DNA from: Sphaeroforma arctica JP610
Lineage: Eukaryota
NCBI RefSeq assembly: GCF_001186125.1
Contig: NW_014040554.1
Coordinates: 256,970-291,650, forward strand
Reading direction: 5' to 3'
DNA: 34,681 bases
This document shows, piece by piece, positions 1 to 12,167 of this stretch. A model generated the notes under the pieces. That model did no database searches. It saw only the letters and a program-made list of their open reading frames with translations, and was not told where the DNA came from. The position numbers and the translations under genes were made by a program. Each line of letters opens with the position of its first letter. Position 1 is the stretch's first letter.

Positions 1-164
1 ATATGCAATTATATATATATATGTATAAATATATATATATATATACAATTAGAAATATAATTAGAAATATAATTAGAAATATAATTATAATTATAGTTAT
101 AATTATATATATATTAATTTTATATATATAGATATAGATATATATATATATATATATATATATA
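1..164. repeat. (TA)n microsatellite / AT-rich low complexity (intronic)
   Basis: Visible TA runs and ttagaaatataa repeats. Confidence 0.9.
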
Positions 165-677
165 CCTGACGAACATGAAAGGGCCATAGTTCACCCTGTT
201 CGTCTGTTCTATCGTTTGTAGTATTGTACTCTGTAAATTACTTATAGTTGTACATCGGCTCATTCTTGGTAACGCCTTCACAATTCTGCTGGTGTTTTAA
301 TATTTTTAGACGCAGATGTTTTTAAATGCATACTCGAGACGTTGAAATCTTTCTCGGTTGAAATCTGGACGAAATCGCGGATCACGCCCCAAGTTTATTT
401 CGCTTCTTTAGAGAATCTGGCATTTAAGTGTAAAAAGACATGTGCTTCTACGTAGATTTGTTCTCTTCATCCGGTGCCTTCGGCGAGTACTTTATGGTCC
501 ACATATTCTTGTCTGTATTTGTAGTGGAGTCACCACATACATTATGTATAGCAGGGTTAACTGCAAGTGTATGCTTTATACACATCAAATCGAACAATGC
601 ATTGCCCTTGAAATGGCCGACGAGGTCACACCCGACGGCACTCCATCGTAGCAATTCTCGACCAATCGTTACTACAG

Positions 678-2003
678 ATCTTTGGTAACCATGACGACAT
701 GGCCATCGACGCAGACATCGAGGACTACTTCAGAGAGCAGCATATTAACACATCGACACACACGACCGCGTCTACCAGGAATACACTACTGCAGCTAGAT
801 CGGGCGCATACGCTGTCATACACACAGTCCTTCCTAGCAACACAGTCTGGGGAGAGTCTCTCTACCTACTACCTGGACATTCATGCACCTCTATCTGATG
901 GTAGTGCGGTGAAGGACGGTGACGTACCGGGAAAGGATGGTACTGCGGAGGACAAACAGACGGCACCAGATGCGGATACAGCCACGGAGCACGAGACGCC
1001 TGATTTGCTCAAGAGCCGTGTAGCGACCAGACTGTGGTTTATGGATAGCGGGGGAGGTGTGCTACCCTTGAGTGTGACTGGAGAGCAGCTGGACTGGCTT
1101 ACAGACACCGCCGAGAGTTTGGCGGAGCGCGCGCACGAGGGGAGGCCCGGGGAGGCATCTATAAATAGAAGGAGTACAAATGCGCACCCGAAAAGTACGG
1201 GATCGTCTGCGCATGCGAAAGTACAGGTGGCGCAGGACAGTCGCAGACAGATAGACGGGCATGTACCAGGCTTCTTGTTTGTCCATGCACCGCCACCCGA
1301 AGTGATGCAGTGCCACTGTAGCCGGACGTCCCCATCACCCTCGCCCAATCAGAACGTGGCGCGATCCCGTAGTTCTATTTATAGAACAGGTCTTTCCAAG
1401 TCGGTCGGTGGCAGGGACTTGTCGGCCACGAGCACCTCCGCAGCTTCTAATTCCACATGTTTTGGAACAAGGGAAGACAGCATAGACCCGTTCTCTGTTG
1501 GTTATCAGACTGGGGATAGTAGGTATAAAAACGGAATCGAGTCTAATATATCACTTTTTGGAGCGACGATAGCAGATGCGGGTATCAAATTGGTCGCCTT
1601 CGGACATAACCATGGCAACGATTTCTGTTGCTCAGCAACGATTGACGGTCAGGAGCAACACAAGGATAGCATGTCAACGCGTCAACTGGGACTGTGTTTC
1701 GGGCGGCATTCGGGGTATGGGGGATACGGTGAGAAACGCTGGGCCAAAGGTGCGCGAGTGTATGAGTTAGATCTGAGTGTCACACACGTGGCCACACATG
1801 TGCGTCTGGAGGACGGCACCATAGTGAGTCAGGGCGTTGTACCGAACTTCTTCTCGGATGCCGGGATAAGCAATACGCAAGGGGAAGGGAACGCGAACCC
1901 GCATGCACACAGACATGAGCACGGAAATAAACCGTCGTATGTCACCCCGGTAGTGATGTTTGGGCTGATGATTGTTTCAAGTATGTCTTGCCTGTGGTGT
2001 TAG
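678..2003 (+). CDS. Terminal exon of a calcineurin-like metallophosphoesterase (DCR2/PAP14-like), with a C-terminal hydrophobic segment
   Basis: Acceptor tacag| at 673-677 opens in frame as IFGNHDDM (GNHD motif, 7 codons upstream of the track's ATG at 699). Later motifs: WFMDSGG, FLFVHAPPPE, VAFGHNHGNDFCC (GHxH), LCFGRHSGYGGYG, KGARVYEL. N-terminal DxH and GDxxD motifs are absent, so they should lie in upstream exons. Confidence 0.88.
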   Translation: MFGNHDDMAIDADIEDYFREQHINTSTHTTASTRNTLLQLDRAHTLSYTQSFLATQSGESLSTYYLDIHAPLSDGSAVKDGDVPGKDGTAEDKQTAPDADTATEHETPDLLKSRVATRLWFMDSGGGVLPLSVTGEQLDWLTDTAESLAERAHEGRPGEASINRRSTNAHPKSTGSSAHAKVQVAQDSRRQIDGHVPGFLFVHAPPPEVMQCHCSRTSPSPSPNQNVARSRSSIYRTGLSKSVGGRDLSATSTSAASNSTCFGTREDSIDPFSVGYQTGDSRYKNGIESNISLFGATIADAGIKLVAFGHNHGNDFCCSATIDGQEQHKDSMSTRQLGLCFGRHSGYGGYGEKRWAKGARVYELDLSVTHVATHVRLEDGTIVSQGVVPNFFSDAGISNTQGEGNANPHAHRHEHGNKPSYVTPVVMFGLMIVSSMSCLWC

Positions 2004-3342
2004 TATGGCGGGTATGAGGTGGCAAAAGCATAGCCCAGTGATTTACTGTCAGGATTTGTGATTGTTAAACGCGTGTGCCTTGCATCACATGTTTTAAGAC
2101 GAAGTGTCTCGGTGTCTGGCCATACATTACCCTTGCCAGAGTAGTCAAGTACCGTTTTATCCGACTTAGAGGGTGTCCCATATGGCAGAACCCCAGTAGT
2201 GAAGTTGGATATCAACACTTGTGTTTATGGAATACCAGACAAGCACACGTAGTATGATCTCCAAGCTAGTCAGCTGTGTGTTCCAGGCTTCTTTGGTCGA
2301 TACTGTTCTTTCCTCAGGCAAATCACTGTCACGAGATCGCGCCCCTTACGCCCTAACATCAACCATGTTTCTATTAACAACCCGTTTTTTTAAACTACTT
2401 CTAAGAATCTTGTGTATATGCGTATGCATAGATGCATGTGTACATGTGTGCAAACGGGCGGCTAATATTATTTATTTTCTTCTGCGCTCGCTAGGTATGA
2501 TTGTTGCGGTTTGGTTACGGTGGAATGTTCGGTCTAGCCGTAACAGAAAGCCCGAGGAGATTGAGCAGCTGCCAATGGCGCGGATCGCACCCAGACCACT
2601 CATCAGTGATAGTGTTACGAGTGACGTCTTGGACTCAGACAGGCTGCTAAGCAGCGACTAATTCGCAAGAGAACCGAATTGTTGACGAGTAGTAGTTGTT
2701 TTCGTAAAGGCAGAAGGGGGTACATAGCTACATATGCCTTGAAAGAGTGTTTATTATTATTTTATAAGGTGCAGAGGCATTAGACGTATTGGGAGGGGTA
2801 GCACCCCGATTGGAGGCTCGGGCTCCGACAGGCTCCTGAGCAGTCTATTCGATTGACCTACTGATTGATGAAGTTGGGGCTATACCAGGGGAAATATACG
2901 TAGAAAGGATTTGTAAAGCAAGTGAGAGGTATAGCGCAATGGGGCTCACTGGGTTCTGACACAAACGAGAATAGAACAAATAGTGACATTCAGATATCAA
3001 CTGGCTGCTGAGCAATTCTTGGGACGATTTGAAGCCTCGGTAACAAAGGAGTGAAGTGAGTGCAGGTGAAGCACGAGAGGAGTTACAAGTGGCATTGGTG
3101 ACACAAAATTAGTACACGATTATACAGATAGAGCACACGATTATGCAAATATAGTACATGATTATATTAGTTAAGCACATAATCGTACAAATACAGTACA
3201 GAAATAAACAAGTATAGTATACAATCCACCAAAGTAGACAGGCATTTGACTTTATATGTATATATATATATATATATGTGTGTGTGCGTGTATGTGTGTT
3301 ATAATACATACATATACACATAAAAATAATAAATATATAGTT

Positions 3343-3428
3343 ATCATTGGTAGTTACGATGGTAACTGGGTTTATACATATACATATATATAAGTATAAA
3401 CCCAGATACCATCGTAACTACCAATGAT
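3343..3428. repeat. 35-bp inverted repeat (1 mismatch) with a 16-nt TA-rich spacer
   Basis: atcattggtagttacgatggtaactgggtttatac (3343-3377) against gtataaacccagataccatcgtaactaccaatgat (3394-3428). Confidence 0.92.
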
Positions 3429-3845
3429 TCTATTGTAGTCAAGTGAACCACGAGCAGTGTCCCTCTAAACCACCACATATTCTACCAACGCGTCAAATAA
3501 TTTTTGACCCAGCAGTCTTCGCGGGTCAGTAGTCACTTCTTCAACTGCCGCTGCTCTTGTTGTCCGGCCGGTGTTATAATTGCCCAAATTAAACGGGTCC
3601 AAAGCTGTCGCCGCAGTTCTTTCCAGAGCACGGTTGCCAATTAACAACAGGTGCCATCCGACCAAGCTCACATCAGGGAGTTTGGAGAAGGAATTCTCTC
3701 CAAACTCCCTGATCACTCTAAATGGTGCATCTTGATTAACCTCCAACCGGTTCTCAACTCTTTCACCTTCACCACCGTCTCCATACGGTGAAGCTCTGCC
3801 ATCGATGCCCCCATTGAAGGACTTAAACTTCATAGCTGCTGACAT
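3395..3845 (-). pseudogene. Truncated ORF remnant, possibly retroelement gag N-terminus
   Basis: 126-aa ATG ORF of normal composition. The frame continues past the TAG at 3465-3467 until it runs into the inverted repeat and TA tract. No diagnostic motif. Confidence 0.25.
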
Positions 3846-4269
3846 GTCTACTAGTTTAATTCAACTATCTAATAACTTTGATTGTGAGTAACTTGTTGAC
3901 TTCACGAACGGTTTTAGAGTGAAATAGCGTTATAGTTCATATCATCAAAGTAGTGTAATAACTTACAAGCTTATGAAGACTAATCATCCCACAACCTTGT
4001 CTTAAATAGTCGCAACAAATATTGCCTATAGCCAGTCCCCTCTGGTTACTGACACAATATTCCTTCGAGTGCCCGGCCTCCTCTCGAGTCCACCACTCGT
4101 TATCTATATATCTTCCACTACTTCCTATGCTCTTGTTCTATTGGTATCCATTTTACAGCCTCATAGGATCTGTAAAACCAACATCTCTAGACGCACAGCA
4201 CTGGTATTCCACCCTTAATTTGAGTCATCCTGCATGAATCAGTACTATACGTGGACCACACACACATTA

Positions 4270-5620
4270 CAATATACATATCTATATATAAATATATTAT
4301 ATATCTAAACAAATATGTATGTATTTAAATATATATATATATATACTTCTATATATAAATATATATACTTCTTTATATATGTGTGTGCGTGTGAGAGTTT
4401 GAGTGTGTGTGTGTATAGGTGTGCGTGTGTATGTTTGTATATATACATTATATGTATATGCAGATATATATATATATATACATTAAATGATATAATATAT
4501 ATATACATGTATGTATATATGATATACTTAGCACCATATATATATATATATATATATATGTCTAACTCTAAATCTATACAACTATCACTATATATGTCTT
4601 AATCTAAATCTATATATAAATATGATATATATTTATATAATATATATCTACTACATATATAGATATATGTGCGTGTATATACGTATATAATTTGTATAGA
4701 TATATATATATGTATGTATATAATTTATATACATGTATAATATATATATAATTTATATACATGTATAATATAGATATATATATATAATTTATATACATGT
4801 ATAATATATATATATATACATATATATATAATTTATATACATGTATAATATATATATATATACATATATAGATATGTCTATATATATATATATATAATAT
4901 ATAGATATGTACATATATCTTTATATATGTATATATTATATAGATATATATGTAAAGATAGATGTCTATATCTATATATATATGTAAAGATTGATATATG
5001 TCTATATCTACATATATGTAAAGATAGATATACGTATATATCTATATATATATGTAAAGACAGATACATGTCTATATCTATATATATATATATGTAAAGA
5101 TATATATATGTCTATATCTACATATATGTAAAGATAGATATACGTCTATATCTATATATATGTAAAGATAGATATATGTCTATATCTATATATGTAAAGA
5201 TAGATATATGGCTATATCCATATATATATATAGGTATAGAAACAGAAATAGATATACATATATATATAATATAAATGAATATATACATATATATAATAGA
5301 TATGTGTATGTATATATGTATAATATATATATAAATATGTATAATAGATATATATATATGTATAATAGATATATATATATGTATAATAGATATATATGTA
5401 TAATAGATATAGATATATATATATATATGTGTGTGCGTGTGTGTCTATGTATTTACATAGATACAAACGTATGTTATGCATGTATGGAAGTATGCATGCA
5501 AGCACGCAAGTATGTATGCATGTATACATGCATAAATGCATGTATACATGCATAAATGCATGCTTGCATACAGGCTACCATGTATGCTTTGAATGAATGC
5601 ATGCATGCCCGTATGTATGT
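4270..5620. repeat. Compound TA-rich microsatellite/minisatellite (TA, TATG, ATGC, tatgtaaagatagata units)
   Basis: Direct inspection. The YI/CV-rich ORFs here are artefacts. Confidence 0.95.
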
Positions 5621-6295
5621 ATTTAGTTGGGTGGCGCACTGGGGGTGTGGTTACCGGTACGTCTATAACTCTGTATGTCAGTGTGTTCACCCTAAATATA
5701 GTCCCCAACAATTTCGACACTTGAGGAGGCTAGCAAGGTATTCAGTAATATACGACTTACTTTAGGTTGAACAAAAGATTATTTCCGAGAAGTTAGAAGC
5801 AAATCAACGCATTCCTACATACCTAACCTATGGATTGACTAGAAAGGGAACCATCCATCCTGCTGTTGATCGATAAAATGGAAGCCAGGATGCGAAGCGA
5901 ACCGTCACGACAGTATAGACTGCATATCTGTGCGCAATCCTGGCGATACGGAATCTGTTCTATAGCGAATAACTTAAATGCATCGCAGTGTCAGTTCCGT
6001 CAAAGTATAAGAGATAAAAGAAAGAGGCATAGAAATGCACTGATATTTCGTACCTTTCAGATCGACTTTAATTCTGATCCTACGACGTGTGTCACGTTTA
6101 CATAATTCCAAGCAACCGTTGTATCCCAAATAAAAAGGTTGCGATTCCATAACAGTTAAAGAGTTTGCTCTTGACAGCGAAGCGCTCCATCCAGAGGGCT
6201 CCAATCCGTGCTGTCCGCTCGGAGATATATACCGATACACTCTTCAGCGAAGGAGATACCGTTCTTTGCTATTTAATTTGTGCACTTTGCTGCAT

Positions 6296-7306
6296 TTATT
6301 TAAGCTCAGGAAGGTATCCGTTACGCTCGTTGTGGTTCTTCCAGACTCTGGTGAGGAAGATACGTCCCTCGTGGAACATAGTCAAGGAGATGATGGCCTT
6401 GGCAATACCCAAACCTTGTCCTCTGAAGATACCTCTTAATCCGAACTCCTTGGAGTCAGCGACAACCTCCTTGCATGCCTGCGTCACTCCGATACTCTTA
6501 CCGTTGATAGAACTAGTCTGCATGATAACTTCTAGACGAGACAAGGGGTTGGTCATCATAACATAAATGGGACTCACTGCGGAGGATGCAATCAAACCAG
6601 TGGCGAATGATCCGAAATCACTCTTGGCTCCGATCTCTTTCTGGATCCACTTTTGTAGTTGGGGTTGTCCGACAAGACCGGTGGTAGCACTGGCAAGGGA
6701 GTGACCCATTAGAGGAATGGTACCACGGAATAGTGGCTTGAAGTTCTTTGCCGCTGACTCGCGCAAAATCTCCATAATGGGCTTCTCAGCGCCAGTCTGC
6801 TTGAAGTATGCACGTTGTTGTTTCTCAATCATACGTACGGGATTGATGAAGGGAGCTGACAGAATAGAAGCACCAGTGGCGGCCACAAGACCGACATCTG
6901 CATGGGGATCCATAAGGAAGTACTGAATACCTAGAAGGGCTCCAAACTTGGGCACACGCTTGAATCCCACACCGATAAGACGGGGACCTAGACCTGAAAG
7001 CGAAGCAGATACGGGAGAGTTCCTGAATACTTGTTTTGCTTCTTGAGAGGCAATTTTGGGGTCAACAGGCTTACCAGCCAAATCCTTAGCGTATTGTTGT
7101 ACCAACTGACGGTAGGCTGTGACGGGATTGTCAACAATCGTCTGGAAAGCGGAACCTCCCAAGTAGGCGGTCATCACCTGGAATTGGGACACTCCATTCT
7201 TTCTGATCGAGAAGTAGTCTTTAGGTACGATTGAGTCCATCTTTGTGTGCGTTAAGTAAATTTCGGGTTCCGTGCTCGGTGTAGTTGGAATAGGATTGGT
7301 TTTCAT
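6296..7306 (-). CDS. Mitochondrial carrier family (SLC25-like) protein, single exon, 336 aa
   Basis: Tripartite ~95-aa repeat with odd-helix prolines (DNPVTAYRQ, INPVRMIEK, TNPLSRLEV) and [FY]RG motifs (KPLFRG, GLRGIFRG). Typical length and strong codon bias. Confidence 0.82.
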   Translation of the reverse strand: MKTNPIPTTPSTEPEIYLTHTKMDSIVPKDYFSIRKNGVSQFQVMTAYLGGSAFQTIVDNPVTAYRQLVQQYAKDLAGKPVDPKIASQEAKQVFRNSPVSASLSGLGPRLIGVGFKRVPKFGALLGIQYFLMDPHADVGLVAATGASILSAPFINPVRMIEKQQRAYFKQTGAEKPIMEILRESAAKNFKPLFRGTIPLMGHSLASATTGLVGQPQLQKWIQKEIGAKSDFGSFATGLIASSAVSPIYVMMTNPLSRLEVIMQTSSINGKSIGVTQACKEVVADSKEFGLRGIFRGQGLGIAKAIISLTMFHEGRIFLTRVWKNHNERNGYLPELK

Positions 7307-9894
7307 TTAGATCAGGTCAATGGTTATATGTGCATTATTTTGTCTCCCTTAGCTTTGTCTTTCGCTATCGCACACACAGAAGTCAAGGTGGACAGCGGCT
7401 GAGCGGTAGACCATGCCGCTTTGTTTGCAGTTTGCAGTTTGCACAAGGTCAGCAGGTTCGCTGTCGCTTCCCTTCATTGACGGGCTCAAAACATTTGACA
7501 CCGAATAATATGACCCAATATAAAAAATTGCGACTAAAATTTTGGGAAATGAAATCACGCGACAAACCATTATTCCAGAAGGGCAAATGGTAGTCAACCT
7601 CGAAGCTCGAGGAGTCGAGGCTCGACGGCTAGTAGTGGATAAAAGTATACACAATTCATATGAATTTTTAATTATTTTGAAATCGGAACGGGCCCGTTTA
7701 CAAAGTGCTCACTTCAAGTGTAAAAAGTATTCCAAACTCATTGTTTTGTCCTGAAAAGAATATCGATTTTTTCTCGAAATATGTATACAATATATGTACT
7801 TTTTGGGTTTTCAGATCTGGAATTCATTTAAAATTTTGGAGCTAGTCTATCGGCGGAACGGCTTTTTCACTCCTCATTGTATGGAAGAAAAGATACGGTC
7901 AACCAATATAATTTGATCCAAAATCGAAAAACGTTGCGCAGTTCATGAAATCACATGACATAAGTGACACTTGCTGTCAAAACCCAAGCTGGTGGCAAAG
8001 GTGATTGGTGCATAGTGTATATGTATATCTGTCACGCTGTCATCATCAATTTGCACATGAAAATTCCGCTGAATCAAAATGCAACGCGCCACTGTCACCA
8101 GCCTCATGCATTTACTGCACCGGTGCAGATGCTCAACTGCTTGGTCGTGTAAAAGTAAAACCCGTTTTAAAATATCAGCTCCATACTCTTATATAATTTG
8201 ATAAATAGACCTCAGTTATTTTTTTTAAATAAATAAAGTCACGACGGAATTCGGGTTCCTGAGAGCGGGTCGATGTCTGTGAAATTTGTCGTTGTCAATC
8301 AATTATCAGTTTAAATTTAAATTTTGAACAATTAACTTCAAAATTTCAGAATTGTAGATATCGTTTTTTTTGTTGGTTTTTCTCACACGTGTTGATGTCA
8401 CTCTGGCGGAGTTGCCGTATTTTACAATGCAGTTCGTTGATGGAAAACTGAAAAATGGAAGTATGAGAAATCGAGAATCACTCTCTGTAGTGAGGGAAGT
8501 TATTGCCATACCAACAAGAAGCAAACTAAGAGCTACCAACTGTGCAACTGGCAACAGAACCGACAACCGCCGGACAACGTCGCCTTTTTTTCAAACTTTT
8601 ATCATGCAACCGAGTTTTTATCACTTTTTTAGCATAGTCTCCTAAAACACCGTAGATAGCCCTCTAGAAACGAAACACTTTTAGGTTTTTCCTTTTTTTC
8701 CTTTTACCAAATTACATAGCCGTAAAAAAGAACAGTATTTTTGTATGCTATGCAAATTACTATTAATATTTTTTTAAAACAACTTTATTTCAAATCGTCT
8801 TCGGCTTCACATCATGTCGGCTACACCTGGACAGACCTGTTTTTAAAATACAACATATTGTGCTAACTTTCGACCTAAATAACTTTTGATCGGGATTTTT
8901 TTGTGCGGAAGTTGTAGCTTAGGGTTTTCTGAATCGGCTGATACCAGCAACTATGGTGACAATTGAAAACTTCTAATGCCAAAATATATTTCCCCAAAAG
9001 CATATTTGGGTAGTACAATATCTTGTACTGCACCTTATTGTATGAAAATTTGGTACTTTTACTCCTAAATTAAGAAGGCAAAAATCGAGGTGAATATTTT
9101 CTTGGTATATTTTCCACCTAATCATTCAATTTAAAGATACTGACTATCTTTTTTACCCCTGTANNNNNNNNNNNNNNNNNNNNNNNNNNNNNNNNNNNNN
9201 NNNNNNNNNNNNNNNNNNNNNNNNNNNNNNNNNNNNNNNNNNNNNNNNNNNNNNNNNNNNNNNNNNNNNNNNNNNNNNNNNNNNNNNNNNNNNNNNNNNN
9301 NNNNNNNNNNNNNNNNNNNNNNNNNNNNNNNNNNNNNNNNNNNNNNNNNNNNNNNNNNNNNNNNNNNNNNNNNNNNNNNNNNNNNNNNNNNNNNNNNNNN
9401 NNNNNNNNNNNNNCTACAGGCGCACTGGGCTCATAGGCATAGCGCCTATTTACTACTAAGTACTAGCCCTGCTATCGTCCATTCGAAAATCTAAATTCGG
9501 ATGGAATCAGGAATACAATATTTCACCGAACCACCATAAATATAAAGACGGTTCGGATCTGCTACTTTATTTTAGGGTACACCACCCATAGATTTTTTTT
9601 TTGGATTTTAGGTGCACTCTTCTTGTTCAATTTTCAGAAGGCTATGGTGTGGCAGAATTAAATTTCAGAAAGTCGGAAACTGGAAACTTTCGAAAGAAAG
9701 GAGCAGTTGGAAATTCGGAATTGTAAAAATCAAATAAAAAATCATAGCCTTCCAAAATAAAAAACAAACAAACAAACAAATGGTGGAGAAAAAGTTTAAA
9801 CCCATTGAGATCGATCACGATGGTTTTTGGTTTTGATACCTATTTATGCATACTATTTATTATTTCATTCTATGCATTTTGGTTATTTCCCAAA

Positions 9895-10180
9895 GGCCCA
9901 GTCCCCAGGCCTAGCCCCCAGGCCTGGCCCCCAGCCCCCAGGCCCAGAGTCCCACACTCCAGAGTCCAGAAACAAGTCTCAAGTCCTCCCACAATAAGAA
10001 GAGAGTCCCAGTCTGGACTCTGGATCCAGATTCCCAAACTGCCCAGAGACTCCAGACAGTGTAAACTCACTCTGTCTCACAGTCAGTCAGCCACGGGATA
10101 CAGGCCTACAGGCTATAGCCCAGTAAGCCCACAGGCCATACAGGGGAGTGAAGGACTGCAGGACAGTGAAGAGACGGTGA
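9895..10180. repeat. Degenerate ccagg/cccag/cagtc/acagg word-reiteration tract
   Basis: ggcccagtccccaggcctagcccccaggcctggcccccagcccccaggcccagagtccc... Confidence 0.7.
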
Positions 10181-10300
10181 CAGGATTATTAAAAAAATGG
10201 GGGGGGTTTTAAAAATAAATAAATCAAATTGTCTATGAAATTGATTTACACATAGATAAATAGCTAAATAAGTCAGAACTACACACAACTTCACAAGGGT

Positions 10301-10306
<6 letters not shown>

Positions 10307-10373
<67 letters not shown>
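10307..10373. repeat. (TA)n microsatellite
   Basis: Perfect TA run. Confidence 0.95.
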
Positions 10374-10376
<3 letters not shown>

Positions 10377-11484
10377 ACAAAAAACCTCCAAAACACCACA
10401 GGGTTGCTTTCTCTTTTTTTTTGTCTAAAAAGTGGCTATACAGNNNNNNNNNNNNNNNNNNNNNNNNNNNNNNNNNNNNNNNNNNNNNNNNNNNNNNNNN
10501 NNNNNNNNNNNNNNNNNNNNNNNNNNNNNNNNNNNNNNNNNNNNNNNNNNNNNNNNNNNNNNNNNNNNNNNNNNNNNNNNNNNNNNNNNNNNNNNNNNNN
10601 NNNNNNNNNNNNNNNNNNNNNNNNNNNNNNNNNNNNNNNNNNNNNNNNNNNNNNNNNNNNNNNNNNNNNNNNNNNNNNNNNNNNNNNNNNNNNNNNNNNN
10701 NNNNNNNNNNNNNNNNNNNNNNNNNNNNNNNNNNNNNNNNNNNNNNNNNNNNNNNNNNNNNNNNNNNNNNNNNNNNNNNNNNNNNNNNNNNNNNNNNNNN
10801 NNNNNNNNNNNNNNNNNNNNNNNNNNNNNNNNNNNNNNNNNNNNNNNNNNNNNNNNNNNNNNNNNNNNNNNNNNNNNNNNNNNNNNNNNNNNNNNNNNNN
10901 NNNNNNNNNNNNNNNNNNNNNNNNNNNNNNNNNNNNNNNNNNNNNNNNNNNNNNNNNNNNNNNNNNNNNNNNNNNNNNNNNNNNNNNNNNNNNNNNNNNN
11001 NNNNNNNNNNNNNNNNNNNNNNNNNNNNNNNNNNNNNNNNNNNNNNNNNNNNNNNNNNNNNNNNNNNNNNNNNNNNNNNNNNNNNNNNNNNNNNNNNNNN
11101 NNNNNNNNNNNNNNNNNNNNNNNNNNNNNNNNNNNNNNNNNNNNNNNNNNNNNNNNNNNNNNNNNNNNNNNNNNNNNNNNNNNNNNNNNNNNNNNNNNNN
11201 NNNNNNNNNNNNNNNNNNNNNNNNNNNNNNNNNNNNNNNNNNNNNNNNNNNNNNNNNNNNNNNNNNNNNNNNNNNNNNNNNNNNNNNNNNNNNNNNNNNN
11301 NNNNNNNNNNNNNNNNNNNNNNNNNNNNNNNNNNNNNNNNNNNNNNNNNNNNNNNNNNNNNATTTTAACAAAAAACCTCCAAAACACCACAGGTTGCTTT
11401 CTCTTTTTTTTTGTCTAAAAAGTGGCTATACAGAGCCCACAGGTTGTATTTATTTATTCATTTTTTCATAGCCTTCTCTGAGTA

Positions 11485-12167
11485 CAGTCGAACCTCTTTA
11501 TATGTCCAGTTCCCATTTTTAGCAGAAATTTGAACATATAAAGAGGTAGACACACCTGGGTCAGGTTCACCCTACCAGGTTCAGGGACTGACTTGTGGGA
11601 CAGATACAGAGCTACCAAAGGCACTCTTATTATTCAGGTGTTGTTTTGTCTGGCTCGATCGCTACAGATACAGTTTGTGTCGAGTTGTCTGGCTTAGTCG
11701 GTGTGTCATTGTAGAACAAAGAATCACCACGATAATTTGGTGCCTGACATTTGTCTGTAGACAAGCAGCAACCCATTGGCCTGACATTTGTCTGTAGACA
11801 AGCAGCAACCCATTGAGCCATACCCTTCGCCAATGTTTAGAAATTGCATACATATTGTGGTCAACCAGCACACTTGTGTGCACTTGACGTTGGTTGCGCG
11901 GTCGTGCATTTTTCCACACAACAACGATCGCCACTAAATGTGTCTTACATCAGAAATTATAAACAGCAGTGTATGTACTTTTATAAAATATACGAACGGG
12001 CTCAGACTTCAGTTCAGAAGGGTCTCTGAGACTAGTCTCACTGAGCGTTGAGACCTGAGGAGGGGCAGGCTGGTGGACAAGCCCCCAAAGGGCCTGACTC
12101 ACATATGGGTCGGCCCAAATAAAAACTGGACATATAAAGAGGTAGACATCTTTTAAAGGTTCGACTG
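11485..12167 (-). mobile_element. Non-autonomous pogo/Tigger-like (Tc1/mariner superfamily) TIR element, 683 bp, TA target-site duplication
   Basis: TA|CAGTCGAACCT ... AGGTTCGACTG|TA (TA at 11483-84 and 12168-69). The subterminal motif acctctttatatgt(c/t)ca occurs three times, in both orientations. Frameshifted internal remnant on - (RCCVEKCTTAQPTSSAHKCAG / GEGYGSMGCCLSTDKCQ) is homologous to ORF 23196. Confidence 0.9.
11743..11815. repeat. 37-bp tandem duplication inside the TIR element
   Basis: cctgacatttgtctgtagacaagcagcaacccattg present twice. Confidence 0.9.

Noticed and set aside
4305..5765. YI/CM-rich ORFs
   Set aside because: Microsatellite translations.
9805..10212. Pro-rich 135-aa ORF
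   Set aside because: Non-ATG start, and it derives from the ccagg word-reiteration tract.
10404..11471. 300+ aa ORFs across N runs (also 14968-16021 and 24977-25629)
   Set aside because: These are translations of assembly gaps.
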